This document shows positions 25,902 through 39,725 of a DNA stretch of 64,000 nucleotides, piece by piece. Location: NCBI GenBank assembly GCA_964016885.1, contig OZ024758.1, positions 9,982,001-10,046,000 of the forward strand, in the 5' to 3' direction. A program made the translations under genes and the position numbers. The stretch's first letter is position 1. Each line of letters opens with the position of its first letter. The notes below the pieces were generated by a model. That model had not been told where the DNA came from. It searched no databases and worked only from the letters and a program-made list of their open reading frames with translations. This DNA is from Eledone cirrhosa. Its lineage: Eukaryota.

Positions 25902-26262
25902 TCTGGGGGAAATCGTAAGTGTTCAGACATGGAGAAGGGATTGGTTCCACCATGTTTAAAGCACCCAAGATACGCCGTATGCCTTAAAGGTACCCCTACA
26001 ACTCCATACGGAGTTACAGGTCCAAATTTAGATATGAGTAATTTGAGAGAAATTCGGTTGTTATATCTAGCAGGTCGAACAACCACGTAGAAGCTCCCAA
26101 TAAAGGCAAGAAGTCGCAAATTGTAACGTGTTTGTTAGCCAAAATTGATCTTTTTAGCATGTGGCTCACTAGAAGGGAAAAGAAAAAAGTGTATCCACGC
26201 TGTCGTGCATTGCATTGTCATATCTCTTTCTCTCCTCCTCATCTCTCTCTCTCTCTCTCTCG

Positions 26263-26330
<68 letters not shown>

Positions 26331-26502
26331 TAGCCATTGTAGTCATTCATTTCCCCTTTGAATATTGCACAGTTCGGTGAATGAATGTCATGTGACTCCC
26401 AATGAATGTTTTTACATTTCCCGCCTTCCACAACTGAATGAGTAGTACAACTGCCCCAGGAAATCGCCATGTTCTTTTTTTATGACGCATATATATATAT
26501 GT

Positions 26503-26559
<57 letters not shown>

Positions 26560-26583
26560 TTTTGCATACAAATATATATATAA

Positions 26584-26623
<40 letters not shown>

Positions 26624-26819
26624 TGTGTGTGTGTGTGTGTACATACATAAACACGAATACACATATATACTCACATGTATGGATGGGTGGATTTATAAAA
26701 ATAGAAATGTACCGTAAGAGATGAATAAAAAAAACAACATATTATTCATTAATTATTGGAAGGCGGGGGGGGGGGGGACAGAGTGAAACCTTTCCAAGGT
26801 CGATCATGCTAATTAGTGA

Positions 26820-27500
26820 TAATAATTGTTTCTACTTTAGGCACAAGGCCAGCAATTATTCCAGTGTATTACTGGTACTTTATTTTATCGACCCCGTAAG
26901 GATGAAAGGCAAAGTTAACCTCGGCGGGATTTGAACTCAGACCATAAAGGGCCGTAACTCTTTGCTGCCAAGCAAAGTCGATTAAACTGATCCTAGTGCA
27001 TTACTGTTACTTTATTTTATAGACCCCCCCCCCCTCTCAAGGATGAAAGGCAAAGTTAACCTCGGCGGGATTTGAACTCAGACCATAAAGGGCCGTAACT
27101 CTTTGCTGCAAAGCAAAGTCGATTAAACTGACCCTACTGCATTACTGTTACTTTATTTTATAGACCCCCCCCCCTCTCAAGGATGAAAGGCAAAGTTAAC
27201 CGCGGTGAGATTTGAACTCAGATCATAAATGAAGTAAATATATGCTACAAAGTATGTTGTCCGACGCCCTGTCGGTACTGACAATCCGTCGCCATTTTAG
27301 TGCTACTAATAATTGTTTCTACTTTTGGCACAAGGCCAGCAATTATCCCAGTGCATTACTGGTACTTCATTTTATCGACGCTGTAAAGATGAAAGGCAAA
27401 GTTAGCCTCGGCGTGATTTGAACTCAGACCGTAAAGGGGCGTAACTCTATGCTGCAAGGCATGGCGTCCGACCTTCTACAGATACTGCCAATCCACCGCC
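26820..27500 (-). mobile_element. Tandem SINE A cluster (three partial units plus one full copy at 27308-27500)
   Basis: Repeated GGATGAAAGGCAAAGTTAACCTCGGCGGGATTTGAACTCAG, with a ~140-bp unit duplicated. Confidence 0.9.
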
Positions 27501-28253
27501 TGATAATAACAGAGAGTTGTGTCTGAAAAAGGAATAAAACTCGTGATTTACATGTTAGTAGTGCGTGGTGGCGGGATTAAGGTTGAAATTCAGTCTACAT
27601 GTTTCATACGACACTAATAAAACATCTTTACAATCCACATAATTATAAAAACAAAATAACTAAACTGTATGTTTTTTTATGTTAGATAAAATAATATTTT
27701 CGTGATGACGCCCAAAATTCAAGTCTAATCGCATAAATAACTCTTGATATTTTTGTGGTTGCTGAAACTACTGTTTTCTTATTCACTATTCACTCACACA
27801 TAAAAAAAAAAAGGGGGCAGTACTAAACTGTGAGATCCCTCTAGCATATCAAACGCTAGTTGTTTTTTTTTATCATTGAATTCTTGTCATGACCACAGTA
27901 TGAAATGCATGACGCTGTCATTCATTATAAATCTAAACTGTCCCATATGATTTTCATTGTAAGTCTCTCATTTGCATAAGAATACTATTGATAATTTCCG
28001 AGTGAAAGCCTTTCTTATTCTTTTGAAAGGAGGAAAATAAAACTTTATATCATGCAGGCTATTATAATCGCCCTCTCAAACTGGAATTTCATTTTTATTG
28101 CACTAAGACTGAATATAAACATCTTGCCACTTTAAATTATACGATAAGTACCGTGGCATAAGAACGAACATGTCGGTCAGTTGGTTCTGCATTGCCGTTT
28201 CGATTTCTAGTTGTAACTACTCAGTTTCTATTAGATCATTCTATACTCATGAA

Positions 28254-28590
28254 ATGGCGGCGAATTGGAAGATTCGTTAGGACGTTGGATAGAGTATCTT
28301 GTGGTATTCGTTCGTGCTTTCTGCTCTCTGAGCTCAAATCCCGCCGAGGTCAACTTTGCCGGTCATTCTTTCGAGATCGATAAAAAAAAGTACCAGTCTA
28401 GTACGTCCTCTATATATTTTTCTCATTTCCTCTCTGTCACTGTTTATCCTCCTCCTCTGGAAGAAATCTGTTGTACTCGAACCTGGAGAGGGATGCTCTC
28501 CACCAGGCTTAAAATGCTCAAGAAACGCCGTATGTCTCTACGGTGCCTCTACGACTCCATTAGGAGTTACGGGACCATACCATACTGTTG
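28254..28590 (+). mobile_element. SINE family B, full length
   Basis: tRNA head, shared central domain, and B tail ending GGAGTTACGGGACCATAC. Confidence 0.8.
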
Positions 28591-28846
28591 AAGAAAGTGA
28601 GAATGTTATAAACCTTATATTTTTCTCAGGAATAGATTGATTAAATCAAAGTATTTCTAAAATAGTATTTCTCTAAGATATACCTGAGATCATGAAAACA
28701 TCAGGCAGTCTACTTTATTTGTTGCGTTAGTTCGTCTGTTGTTCGTGATTTAAATTGAATTTTTAGACAGACAATCAACATGTGTGGGAGATAAATACAG
28801 TTGATGGATTGTATTGCAGTATATTACCTGTCATTACCAATCCTAA

Positions 28847-29248
28847 AGGCGGTGAATTAGCAATATGGGTAGAGCGTCGGACAACTATGCTGTGTAGCCC
28901 TTTACGATTTGAGTTCAAATCCTGTCGAGGTTAGCTTTGCCTTTGATTCTTACGAGGTCGATAAAATAAAATACAAGTCACGCACTGGGGTCAATTTAAT
29001 AGACTTTTTTCTTCTCTTTATGTTGCTGGCCTTGTGTCAAAAGTAAAAACAATTATTTTATCAGCCCTAAAGGGGGTAGATTGGCAGTGTCGTCAACGGG
29101 TCGAACAATATGTTTCGTGGCGTTTTACCTTCTCAGTTAAAATCTCGCCGAGGACAACTTTGCCTTTGATACTTTCGGGGTCGATAAAATAAAGTACCAG
29201 TAATGCACTGGGTAATTGCTGGCCGTGTGCCAAACGTAGAAACAATTA
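28847..29248 (+). mobile_element. Two tandem SINE A copies
   Basis: Consensus matches at 28847-29056 and 29070-29248. Confidence 0.85.
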
Positions 29249-30757
29249 TATATAAAATAGCTCAGAGAATGAAGTAAACTTTTCAAGACACATTACGAGT
29301 GACGTTTCCTAATGATGTCTTCGAAAATGCCTGAAAATAAATACTATCTTTCTGCAGACTCTAATTTTCTAGCATCGTTAAATGGAGTTAAAAACTCGGT
29401 GAGCCGAGTTGATGAATTAATTCCGAATCATTGTTCTACCAATTTCACTTTACCTTCGCAGCAAAGGTCATTAAGTAACGTTGGTCTGTCATCGATGGTT
29501 GATGAAGATATCGACCCAGTTGGTTGATGTTGATTCACCCCCCCACCCCCCACCCAATATATAAATATAAGGTTTCGCATTTAGAGAGAGGGGGAGAGAG
29601 GGAAAGAGAAAAAAAGAACATTTGATTATATTTGTTTGATATTTTATCGGCTCCGGAAGAACGAAAGCAAAGTCGACTTTTGCGGGAAACGAACTTAAAA
29701 CGTAAAGAGGCACAACTAAATATTACAGCGTTCTACCGATTCCGCTTTGGTTGACTTTGAATATTAAAATCTCTCAACTGAAATTAAGCGCTTCTTCTCA
29801 TATTCATCATATGAATAACAAGCGGTAATTAACGTAAGAAATTGAAACTTGACTTGGAAAATAAATGTTTGAATAGTTGTATTTAGAAATGTTGAATACA
29901 TTGAGATTAAAATGCGACGAGTTTTTAGTTGGTTAATTGCTATAATAGAAAATAGTCTTTTGCATTTGTATTTCTTATCATTCTTATCACGACACTGACA
30001 AATGATCTACATTACATTACTCCATTAATCGACAAAATCCATTAATCAACAAACTTTAAGAAATAATAAATATATCTTACCACCGAACTAGAACTAATCA
30101 ACAATCGAACGACGTATCGACAATCCAGTATAAAATATACCTTGTATATCTGTATGTCTACGTATATATTTTCTGCCTTGGAAAAATGTTATAGTCATTT
30201 TTATTTTTTAAAATGTGATTTTTTTTTCAGTTTTTTTTACTGTCCAGCACACTAATGACGATCATTTTTTTTTTTTTCAAAAATATCAAAAAAAAAATGG
30301 CTTCTGTTACCATACAATGACTGGTTTTGTGATTCTAAAAATGTGAAAATCATCTTCATAGCTTATTTGGATTTTCTCAACGGAACTCTGAAAATAACGC
30401 TATTTTTCAACCATTTTTGGTCATTCATATCTCAGCAAAAATTAGGACTAGATCATTTGTCTCAGTTTTAGAGGTAGATTCTACCATAAAAGTGAAAATC
30501 ATGATATTTTTGTTTTTTCTTACGGGGGGGGGGGGGGGTCCCACCTGAAGACAAGTATTGACCAATATCCATTCATATGATCAATACTAATGACGAATGA
30601 AACAATAAAAGATATAGAATGTTTAGCATTGCGACATTTGGAAACATTTCGCTCACCCCTAAATGAACAAAGCTATGTGGTGCAAAATGTTACACCACAG
30701 ACTATGAATACTCAAATAGGATCACGTGGTTTTTCGCATTTTCTTAGTGTGCAGTTC

Positions 30758-30812
30758 AAATTTTCGCGGCACACTTAGGAAGATCTCGCGGCACACTGGT
30801 TGAGAATCACTG
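30758..30812. mobile_element. hAT (Charlie-like) DNA transposon terminal fragment
   Basis: Subterminal repeats CGCGGCACACT x2 and terminus GGTTGAGAATCACTG (TIR CAGTGATTCTCAACC). Confidence 0.55.
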
Positions 30813-30926
30813 CATTAAGGGATTAAAAATCCCATTTCTTTCAAAAATGTAATAAGTCTCTCAGCATTGAATCTTATCTATTCAAAAATATTATCAATGA
30901 ATCTTTTATATAAATTCACTTAAATA

Positions 30927-30983
<57 letters not shown>

Positions 30984-31338
30984 TCTGATATAAGATAAAT
31001 ATTTACAATGACTGTCCAGAGCTTAACACATATGACCACAGCGATATATATATAACAGATGCATTATATATATATATATTACTATTTCCGGTCAGCATGG
31101 CTTCATTAGAAATTTAAAGACGCTGGTCTGAGACCTTTACTTCCCTCCGAAGAAGAGATATTATCTCGAAAATTAAGGACATTTAAATAAATTCAAGGTG
31201 AAAGACGAATTCACATCAATATCTCTCACTATTGCATTCTTTTTTCTATGTCCATATCTGCATTGTCTTGGCCTTATTACACATATTCTAACGTTTATAC
31301 CTCATTACACAATGCTTCAAGTGAACTATAACCTCCTC

Positions 31339-31399
<61 letters not shown>

Positions 31400-31728
31400 G
31401 ATTTTAGGGTTTAAACCTGTCTACGGAACAGGTTTGATTTTGAAATTTATATTTGTCCAAGCACTACGGCCATTGCCAGTACAATTTGTTTTTGTTGATT
31501 TATGATGTATTATCTTAAGTCATGATAGGCAAACTGTAATATTATTATTAGTATATTTCTATCTAGCTAACTTGGTCATTTACAATACAAACATAAATAT
31601 GAGGATATTTGTGTTTATCAAATATATTGATTTGTGTTAACCTATATTACACGGCTCAGAAATACTCTTTCTTTCTTCGAGCTATTTCATTGTAAATGAT
31701 CGCCTGAGATTTGAACTCATTATTATTG

Positions 31729-31774
<46 letters not shown>

Positions 31775-31887
31775 CGAGCTAAAGATCCGCATTAGGTGAA
31801 CTCGGTATGGTGAACTGACTGTTGTGTCACTACTTTTAAGATTAAGATAAAGAGTGGATGATAAAAAGAGAAATTTATAGATAAAGA

Positions 31888-31951
<64 letters not shown>

Positions 31952-32035
31952 AAGAAAGAAAGACGTACTTATGCATATAAGAGAGAAGGTAACCGATAGC
32001 ACGTTGGAGAATAATAGATATAGAAATGTTAAAAG

Positions 32036-32090
<55 letters not shown>

Positions 32091-32262
32091 TTTCTGAATT
32101 TGTTTAGCAAGATTCTTTATATAAACAACTATCTGGTTGTGGAACCAACCAACCAACCAACCAGAAATTTATAAATTTGTAAATTTATAAATATATAATA
32201 AATTGAAGTGAAATCAACTGGTGCGTGTGTTTCTTATTGGCAACATGACCCTCCCAAAGTAT

Positions 32263-32346
<84 letters not shown>

Positions 32347-33249
32347 GAGAGAAAACGAGAAACGATTTTTAAATGTTTCTTTGGAAATTGCTAAGATCCG
32401 AATCTCTTAGCAATTTATAAGACATGAGAGAGAACCTTTACTCAATGACATGACATAACTACAAAAATTGAGTTTGTGTGTGTAAGAGAGGGAGAGAGAG
32501 AGCTGAAGAATAAAATGGTGGCAAACTGTTCAGCCGCATCGATTCCCTTCAATCCAGCAGGTTATTTATTCCCGACAGAAGGAAAAGAAAGCCAACCTGG
32601 AATTTTTAATTAACTCTGCAGATGTTGTGGGAAGAAAAAAAAAGAACATTTACTTCATTTCTCTGAAGTTAGAAGCAATTTATTGCTAAATATTGATTGT
32701 TGTTTGTAATTAATGCATTTTTTCTGATATAACATGAGAAAGTTTCTTTTCAATCCAACATAATTTATTTTTTCTCTATTACTTCCTTCTTTTCATTATT
32801 ATTGTTATCATTATTATCATTATTATTATCATTATTATTATCATTATTATTATCAACATCATTATTCACAGTATTATAGTTTGTATGCATCTGCTGTATC
32901 ACAAAATGCATTTATAAGTACATCTTGTGTGTACAGGTGTATACCGCATATTTCATCTTTTCATGTATGTGTTACATTTGTGTGTGGGTTTTATAATGAT
33001 TAGTTATATGTAATATGTGCACTGTACCTTAAACTACTGCTCTTGTATGTCAAGTAGTTGACGGGTGATCTTAACATATTGTCAATTTCAATATTTTTAT
33101 ATTTCATTTTTTTCTTTTTAAACGATCTTAACCCAAGATAACTGAATTTGATTGTATTTTCAACCTCCACTTTCTCCATACTTCTCTTGTTTTTAGTGTC
33201 AGAAATTGAAACGTCCATAAACAGACATTTCTAAAACCTATGTGACCTT

Positions 33250-33444
33250 TAATAATTGTTTCTACGTTTGGCACAAGGCCAGCAATTATCCCAGTGCATT
33301 ACTGCTACTTTATTTTATCGGCCCCCGTAAGGATGAAAGGCAAAGCTAACCTCGGTGGAATTTGAACTCGGAACGCAAAGGGCCGTAACTGTATGCCACG
33401 AAGCACGGTGTCTGACGCTCTACCGACACTGATAATCCGGCGCC
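33250..33444 (-). mobile_element. SINE family A
   Basis: Consensus match. Confidence 0.9.
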
Positions 33445-35076
33445 TGACATTGTCTATATGAATGTATAACTACGTTGAGAAAATGTCAGTTTTATTTTAA
33501 CTTGGAAATTAACAATTAAATATCGTCATTTATGTGATAAAATGACTTTGATGGAAACAAGAATAATTTGGTGGGAGAACTCCCCGAGTATTTCAGAAGA
33601 CAGCAATAACGAAAGGAAGTGAATTCGAAAACTCGGAAAAGTATTTTTTCTTTTTTTTTTTTGTTTAAGCTTGCATTGTGTAAAATCTCTTTACATTTAC
33701 CAAATCAGTCACAACTATTTCCCTCGGGTAATGTTAATACCGCAAATGGAATAGTAAATTAGATGAAGCAAATAACACATTTAAAACAAACGAGGAAAAA
33801 AAAATTACGCAACGAAGAATTGCTTAAATATTTGATGTATTGTGTGGTGTTTGAAGGTGGAAACCATGTTTATGTTCTCTTCAAATGTATTCCTTTATTA
33901 AGCTTCTTCCGAAATACATTTTTCATATATTCGTTTTATAATCATCACTGTCTAATGTTCGTTCTTTCTTATGTCCATCCGAAATCTTTCTGTTTCATCT
34001 GACTATAATATAGCAATTTCTTTATCCCTGCTTTATACCGTCAGACCAGATAGATATAATAATTAATGACATATCGAAGAAGGGAAAACAATGCAAATGA
34101 TTAATCAAGGAGTGATTAAGAAAATAGAAAAGAAAGAAGAAATCGAATGATGTTTGTCATCTCCTTAAGGGCTTTACAATTTCCTATAGTCTTTTCATGT
34201 AATATTTTATTTTTGAGTTGCTACTTTGATAGATATTACGAACTTCCATCACAAGACACGAACATTGTCAATTTGTTACAACTGCTTTTGTTATTGTGCT
34301 TGTTGTTTCTGCGTGTATTATTAGGCAATAATACTTGACATCCCGAGAAACTGTCTTAATTTACATTATTGCTGTATTTGGCATTTTCCCCGTTTCTCTT
34401 CGCATGTCTTAAATTCCGGAAAGTAGTATAAGGTTTTCATTGTATGTTGTTCTTGTTCTTGTTTAAGCTCAAATCAGCTCTACTCAAGCAGATCTATGAT
34501 CAAAGACGTATCACCGAGATCATTTCGCTTTATATACCATGCGAGACAGCATTGTTCACTGTGATCGGAGGCAAATCTAGTTGCTATTTCTAGCAAATCA
34601 AGCTACCACATAAAGACCCCCGTCACTGATCCCTTACACACGGGGTATTAGAGGGAAGATGGGAGTTGATATCTTCAACGAAACACTAATGGTTGATGAA
34701 GAAGAATTACTCAAACAATTCTGTAAAACATTCTCTGAGAATTACGTAGAATATCTCAATTTTCCACGTGATACACTATCATTTTCTTATAAATAGATCC
34801 ACCGAAATAAAGAATTCCCGTGATGCAATGTTGCATGAGACATAATGGAGCTAGCATGCTTAATGTAGTGAGCCACGATATTCTAATTATCCCCTCAATG
34901 GGGAGACAATAGCAATTGTATCTTAATGAATAATACTAACCAAGAAAAGCAAAAAGGAAACGATCCTGGAATTCAAAATACGATATTAGACCGCATCAAA
35001 GAAACATAACATAAATTAAATATACAGGGTATATCAAAACTGTTAAATATACAGGGTATATATAACATTTTATATA

Positions 35077-35238
35077 CAGGGTATATCAAAAAAGCTATAT
35101 TTTTTAAATAAATAACCATATGATCATGCGGTAACTTGTACAATACATAACTTTTATCGGTTTTTATAAAATTATTTACATATTGATCATTTGCAAAATT
35201 TGTAAATAAAATCAGGTGATTCTTTTTAATACACCATG
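35077..35238. mobile_element. Tc1/mariner-type MITE; left TIR triplicated (35025, 35052, 35077)
   Basis: TA-CAGGGTATATCAAAAAAG ... CTTTTTAATACACCATG-TA. Confidence 0.65.
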
Positions 35239-35251
35239 TATGTATAGTTAA

Positions 35252-35568
35252 AGACGGTGAAGTCGGATAGAATGCTTTGCGGTATTCTCTCAGGCTCTCT
35301 GCCCACTGAGTTCAAATCCCGCCAGGGTCAACTTTGCCTTACATCCATTCAAGGTCGATAAAAAAGTACCAGTCTAGTATTGGGGTCGATTCTTCCTCTA
35401 TATCTCTTTCTCACCTCCATTCTCTTACTCTCTATACTTCTCTGGAAGACATCTGCTGGGTTCAGACCTGGAGAGGAGATGGTCTCCGCCAGGTTTTAAA
35501 AATGCCCAATAAACGCCATATATCAATACGACGTCCCTACAATTCCAACAGGAGTTACGAGACCATAT
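35252..35568 (+). mobile_element. SINE family B
   Basis: Consensus match to 28254-28590. Confidence 0.8.
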
Positions 35569-36100
35569 AAGTGTATATATAGTTAGACAAGCAATGTCGT
35601 CTGACTGACCGGGTGCGTTTCGAAATGGGTATTAAAGGATGTTTCACACACTTGTATCAAAATCTTTAGTCTACGGCTTATAACGCTGATTCATCTTACA
35701 CTAATATAACCATTTTGAAATTTACTTCATAGATTCTGTTTTGCAGTTGAGGTTATCTTGAGATCTATTGTTAATCTAATAGATAACGTCTAATCAGACA
35801 AGATGGCCACCTTGTAAAAGTACATGAATAACATACGAACCAACAACGAAGCATCAAATTAGTCGTTTGATTTGCTAAAAATAGCAGTTAATTTTCCATG
35901 AAATTTACACATCTAAAACAAAGAAAGAAATATTAAATGATGAACTTCACTTCCTGAAAAAAATATATGGTATAGTCATGTAATGTATTTGATCCGAGTA
36001 TTTGATAGGAACCGTTTTGGGGCTAAACAACAACAATATCTATAACAAACTTAAAATGTATAAAATTAGTATATAAACTTCTCTTTTTTTTCTTTGTCCA

Positions 36101-36476
36101 CTTATTTCTGCGAGGGTCGTTGGGGCAGAGTCCTCAAACACCCTTTCCAACAGATCGTGCCAGAAGCAACCGTCTCCAACTGATCAGGTGAGATCCGTAA
36201 GCAAGACCAGCCAAGCACATGGATGTTATCCAACCATCTTGCTCAGGGTCTACCCCTAGGTCTCCTGACAGTTGGTTTTACCCGTAAAATCTGTCCAGTG
36301 ATTCTTTCCTGAGACATTCTAACCACCGGTTCGTAATATCGGAGATGTGATCTCTCAATTCAGAGAAGTAGCGGCTCTATCTAGAGCGAATCTCTGATGT
36401 CCGAGTTACGCGCTCTATTTAGCAACGTAACTCCGAACACCTTTCGGGGAATCCCGTTTTAGCTGCTTGAATTCGC
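36101..36476 (-). pseudogene. RTE-clade (Rex3/Expander-like) LINE 3' fragment
   Basis: Manual minus-strand translation RIQAAK.GF..KVFGVTLLNRARNSDIRDSL*IEPLLL*IERSHLRYY..VVRMSQERI...RRPRGRP*ARWLDNI, with stops and a frameshift. Confidence 0.85.
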
Positions 36477-37486
36477 GAGATGAGAGAAGATTAAGAAGGT
36501 GAAAAGGAAAGATGAGAAAAAGAAAAATGTAAATTTAGTAGAGTGAATGTAAATGTTTAACTATCACGTAAAGTTTATGAATTAAATAAATACCATAAGC
36601 ATATAGGATATTGTACTCTTTTAATGTCGTTAGACTGCGGCCATGCTGGAGGTTTAAACCATGTGATTATGAACTGTACGTTTTAACCGCACGGCGCTTG
36701 ATAATATCGACTTCGTGGACATGTCGTTTATATTTGAACTTCACTATTATGTAACAATTTGAATAAATCATTTAATATTGATGCAAATATTAATACAATT
36801 TGACGTGTGAATTTCACGAATATGCCTAAAGGCAACAAAGAATAAAATAAACAAATTTCATTTTAAATTTAATATGCATTCAGTAGACCGGAAAAGAAAG
36901 AATTTTTCTTTCTTTAAGGGTACATTTTCACTACATTTAACCAAATCAGTAATCATTGTTTCCCCCTGGGGAATTTTAATATTGTAAGTGAAATACTGAA
37001 TTAGATAGAATAAATAGTTTGAGAGAAAAAAATATAGTTCCGCTAAGAATTATGTAAATATTGCATTTCACTGAATGGTGCCGGAAGGTGATATTTCCTT
37101 CTAATTATTAGCTTCTTCAAAACTGCCTCACTTATACATTCTAGCATCACTACTAGGAACGTGTTTTCTTCTTTATTTAGTCTAAATGTTGACTTCTCTA
37201 CACTGAATCAATAGATTGGTAAATTTGTTGCTCAATGTTTATATTTTTTCGTTTCATTTCTCTGAATGAGCTAGAAAGAGAACTTAACTCTTTAACGGTT
37301 GTACAATATATTAACTAACGTGAATCATTGATATGTAAATATTAATGATTTACTGTTCTTTTTTTTTTTCCGCTAAAATATTTTTATATGTTGTGGAGCT
37401 GAATATATTTTTTGAAGCGATAGAAGCAAACCATTAACAAGGGATTAACTTCTATCTAAAACTCATGTCAATATTTAGAAACAAAA

Positions 37487-37662
37487 GGTCGGTGAATTGG
37501 CATTATCGGTAGAGCGGCAGACACCATGCTTTGCAGCATAGTTATGGCCCTTTACGTTCTGAGATCAAATCCCGCCTTTCATCCTTACGGAGTCAATAAA
37601 ATAAAGTACCTACCAGTAATGCACTGGGGTAATTGCTCGCCTTGTGCCAAAAGTAGAAACAA
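37487..37662 (+). mobile_element. SINE family A with 15-bp TSD (AATATTTAGAAACAA)
   Basis: Consensus match with an internal deletion; direct repeats on both sides. Confidence 0.85.
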
Positions 37663-37767
37663 ATATTTAGAAACAATTTAATCATGGAATACAGTAGAAA
37701 ATCCAAACAAAAAAATTATTAAATCGATGATAGAGAATGAAATTTATTTAATTTATTGAAATTGTGA

Positions 37768-37878
37768 GCAGCAAAACGTCAGTGACGCCAGCAGCAAAAC
37801 GTCCGCGACGCCAGCAGCCATAACGTCACCAGCCATAACGTCACCAGCAGCCATAACGTCCGCGACGCCAGCAGCCAA
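37768..37878. repeat. GC-rich irregular minisatellite (CAGCAGCCATAACGTCCGCGACGC-like)
   Basis: About 5 variant units read directly. Confidence 0.8.
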
Positions 37879-37946
37879 AATAAATATTAAATATCTGATC
37901 AATATATTAGAAATTACTCTTTGTATGAGAATATTACCTGTCTAAT

Positions 37947-37955
37947 AAAAAAAAA
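37947..37955 (-). terminator. Probable Pol III terminator (T-run) for tRNA-Thr
   Basis: T9 on the minus strand about 30 nt downstream of the tRNA 3' end. Confidence 0.55.
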
Positions 37956-37984
37956 TATATATATACCTATATTACTGAAAGTTT

Positions 37985-38058
37985 AGGCTCCGGAGGGATT
38001 CGAACCCTCGACCTCCAGTTTACTAGACTGGCGCTCTAACCAACTGAGCTACGGAGCC
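37985..38058 (-). tRNA. tRNA-Thr (anticodon AGT)
   Basis: Minus strand: GGCTCCG TA GCTC AGTTGGTTA GAGC G CCAGT CTAGTAA ACTGG AGGTC GAGGG TTCGAAT CCCTC CGGAGCC T. All four stems pair perfectly and the A/B boxes are intact. No encoded CCA. Confidence 0.97.
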
Positions 38059-38312
38059 ACTTGACAAGTAACTGATAAAGTAGTATTATAATTTCGACGA
38101 CTCATTCATTGTTGTTATGGTGATAACTAACTACTTTCGCTCAAGTATACTTATTGATATCAATATTTTAAAAACAAACAAATATGGTTATGCTAATTTA
38201 CTATAGGTAATATACAGCGAATTGATGGAGTCGTTATTCGTTTCGGCTCTCTCCGTTATGATATCGAATTCCGCCGAAGTCAACTTCGCTTTTCTTCCTT
38301 TGGAGCCCGAAA

Positions 38313-38719
38313 AATCATCATCATCATTCGTCGACTACTGTCGAGATGATGGATCTCACTCTCATGCCCCAGAATTCCCTGTCCCCCATCGCTGCCCCCA
38401 GGTCCTGTCTACTGATTCCCGTATCCCTAGAGATAACGTCAGGGAATGACAGCTTCCTACTCCTAGTCAGGCTGGAGTCAGGGTTCCAGAGCAAGAGAGC
38501 GGATATGATTTCATTGCTGGCACGGTGACAGTGGCCAGCAAATTGAGCTCTCCGGGATTTTAGAAGGGCAGAGGCTCGAAGGAGTTTGCCATAGATTTTA
38601 GACAAGGTGGGATGTCGTTTCCAGGATAGGTTTTGCACTCTCATTAAGAGGCGGGTATATGTGCCATCCAATCTCCTCTCAAGTTGTGATGTTAGTGTCC
38701 AAGTTTCGGATCCATAAAG
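38313..38719 (-). pseudogene. RTE/RTEX-like LINE 3' fragment inserted into a SINE B copy (38215-38885)
   Basis: Open frame LYGSETWTLTSQLERRLDGTYTRLLMRVQNLSWKRH...RRAQFAGHCHR...MGDREFW...*, followed by a (TGA)n tail. Confidence 0.88.
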
Positions 38720-39579
38720 TTTGAGTCCAGTACTGAGTCGATTCTTCCTCTATACCTCTTTCTTGCTTCCTCTTTGTAATCCCCTCTTTCTCGCTCTCTC
38801 TCTCCGGAAGAAATTCGTCTTTGTTCAGACCTGGAATGTGGTTGAGCTCCGCCATGTTAAAAATGCCCAAAGCACGTTGTATGTCAACTTAGTTTAAACA
38901 AAGAAACAACAACATAGCATTAATGTAATATTTATTAGAACGACGAACTTTCCAACTGGGCTTCGGGGTTTATTGGAATACACACTTAAATATTATTGTT
39001 GAGAGCTATTACGTAAAATTAGAATGAATAATGGTGCTCAAAGGTGTAATTACCAACAACAACATTCATTGTTGTTATGGTGACAGGGTGTTACATTTAT
39101 TCAAGTATTCTTATACACTCTCAACCAATGTTTGCTTCAGGGTCTCGTCACCCACTTTCACATGCAAAATGTTTCACCTGCCCACCAGTATAATAAATAT
39201 TCCAAAAAATACCCAAAATTGTTAACACTTACAAAACAATTGTCAATAGCAATACACCATGTATGTATGTATCTATGTATGTATCTATGTATCTATGTAT
39301 GTATGTATGTATGTATGTATGTATGTATGTATGTATGTATCTATGTATGTATGTATGTATGTATCTATGTATGTATGTATCTATCTATCTATCTATGTAT
39401 GTATGTATGTTCTTCTGGTTTTATAATTTCACAAAGTTTTACCAATAGAGAGAGAGAGAGTCGGTTTCTAACATAGACACAAGTCTCACTCATTGGAATT
39501 TACACAACATCAACTAGGTAGATATGTATGTATGTCTGCATCTGTAGATATGGATGTTATTGTATGTATGGATGTTACA

Positions 39580-39725
39580 ATCTGAGTTCAAATCCTGTCG
39601 AGGTTAGCTTTGCCTTGCATCCTTACGGGGTTGTTAAAATAAAGTACCAGTAATGCACTGGGCGTTGATTTAGTCAACTTTCCTCTCCCCCAAAATTGTT
39701 AGCCATGTACCTAAATAAAAAACTA
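39580..39725 (+). mobile_element. SINE family A, 5'-truncated
   Basis: Match from B box to tail. Confidence 0.8.

Noticed and set aside
31786-31800. 14-bp match CCGCATTAGGTGAA to the Helitron subrepeat
   Set aside because: Too short, and the flanks do not extend the match.
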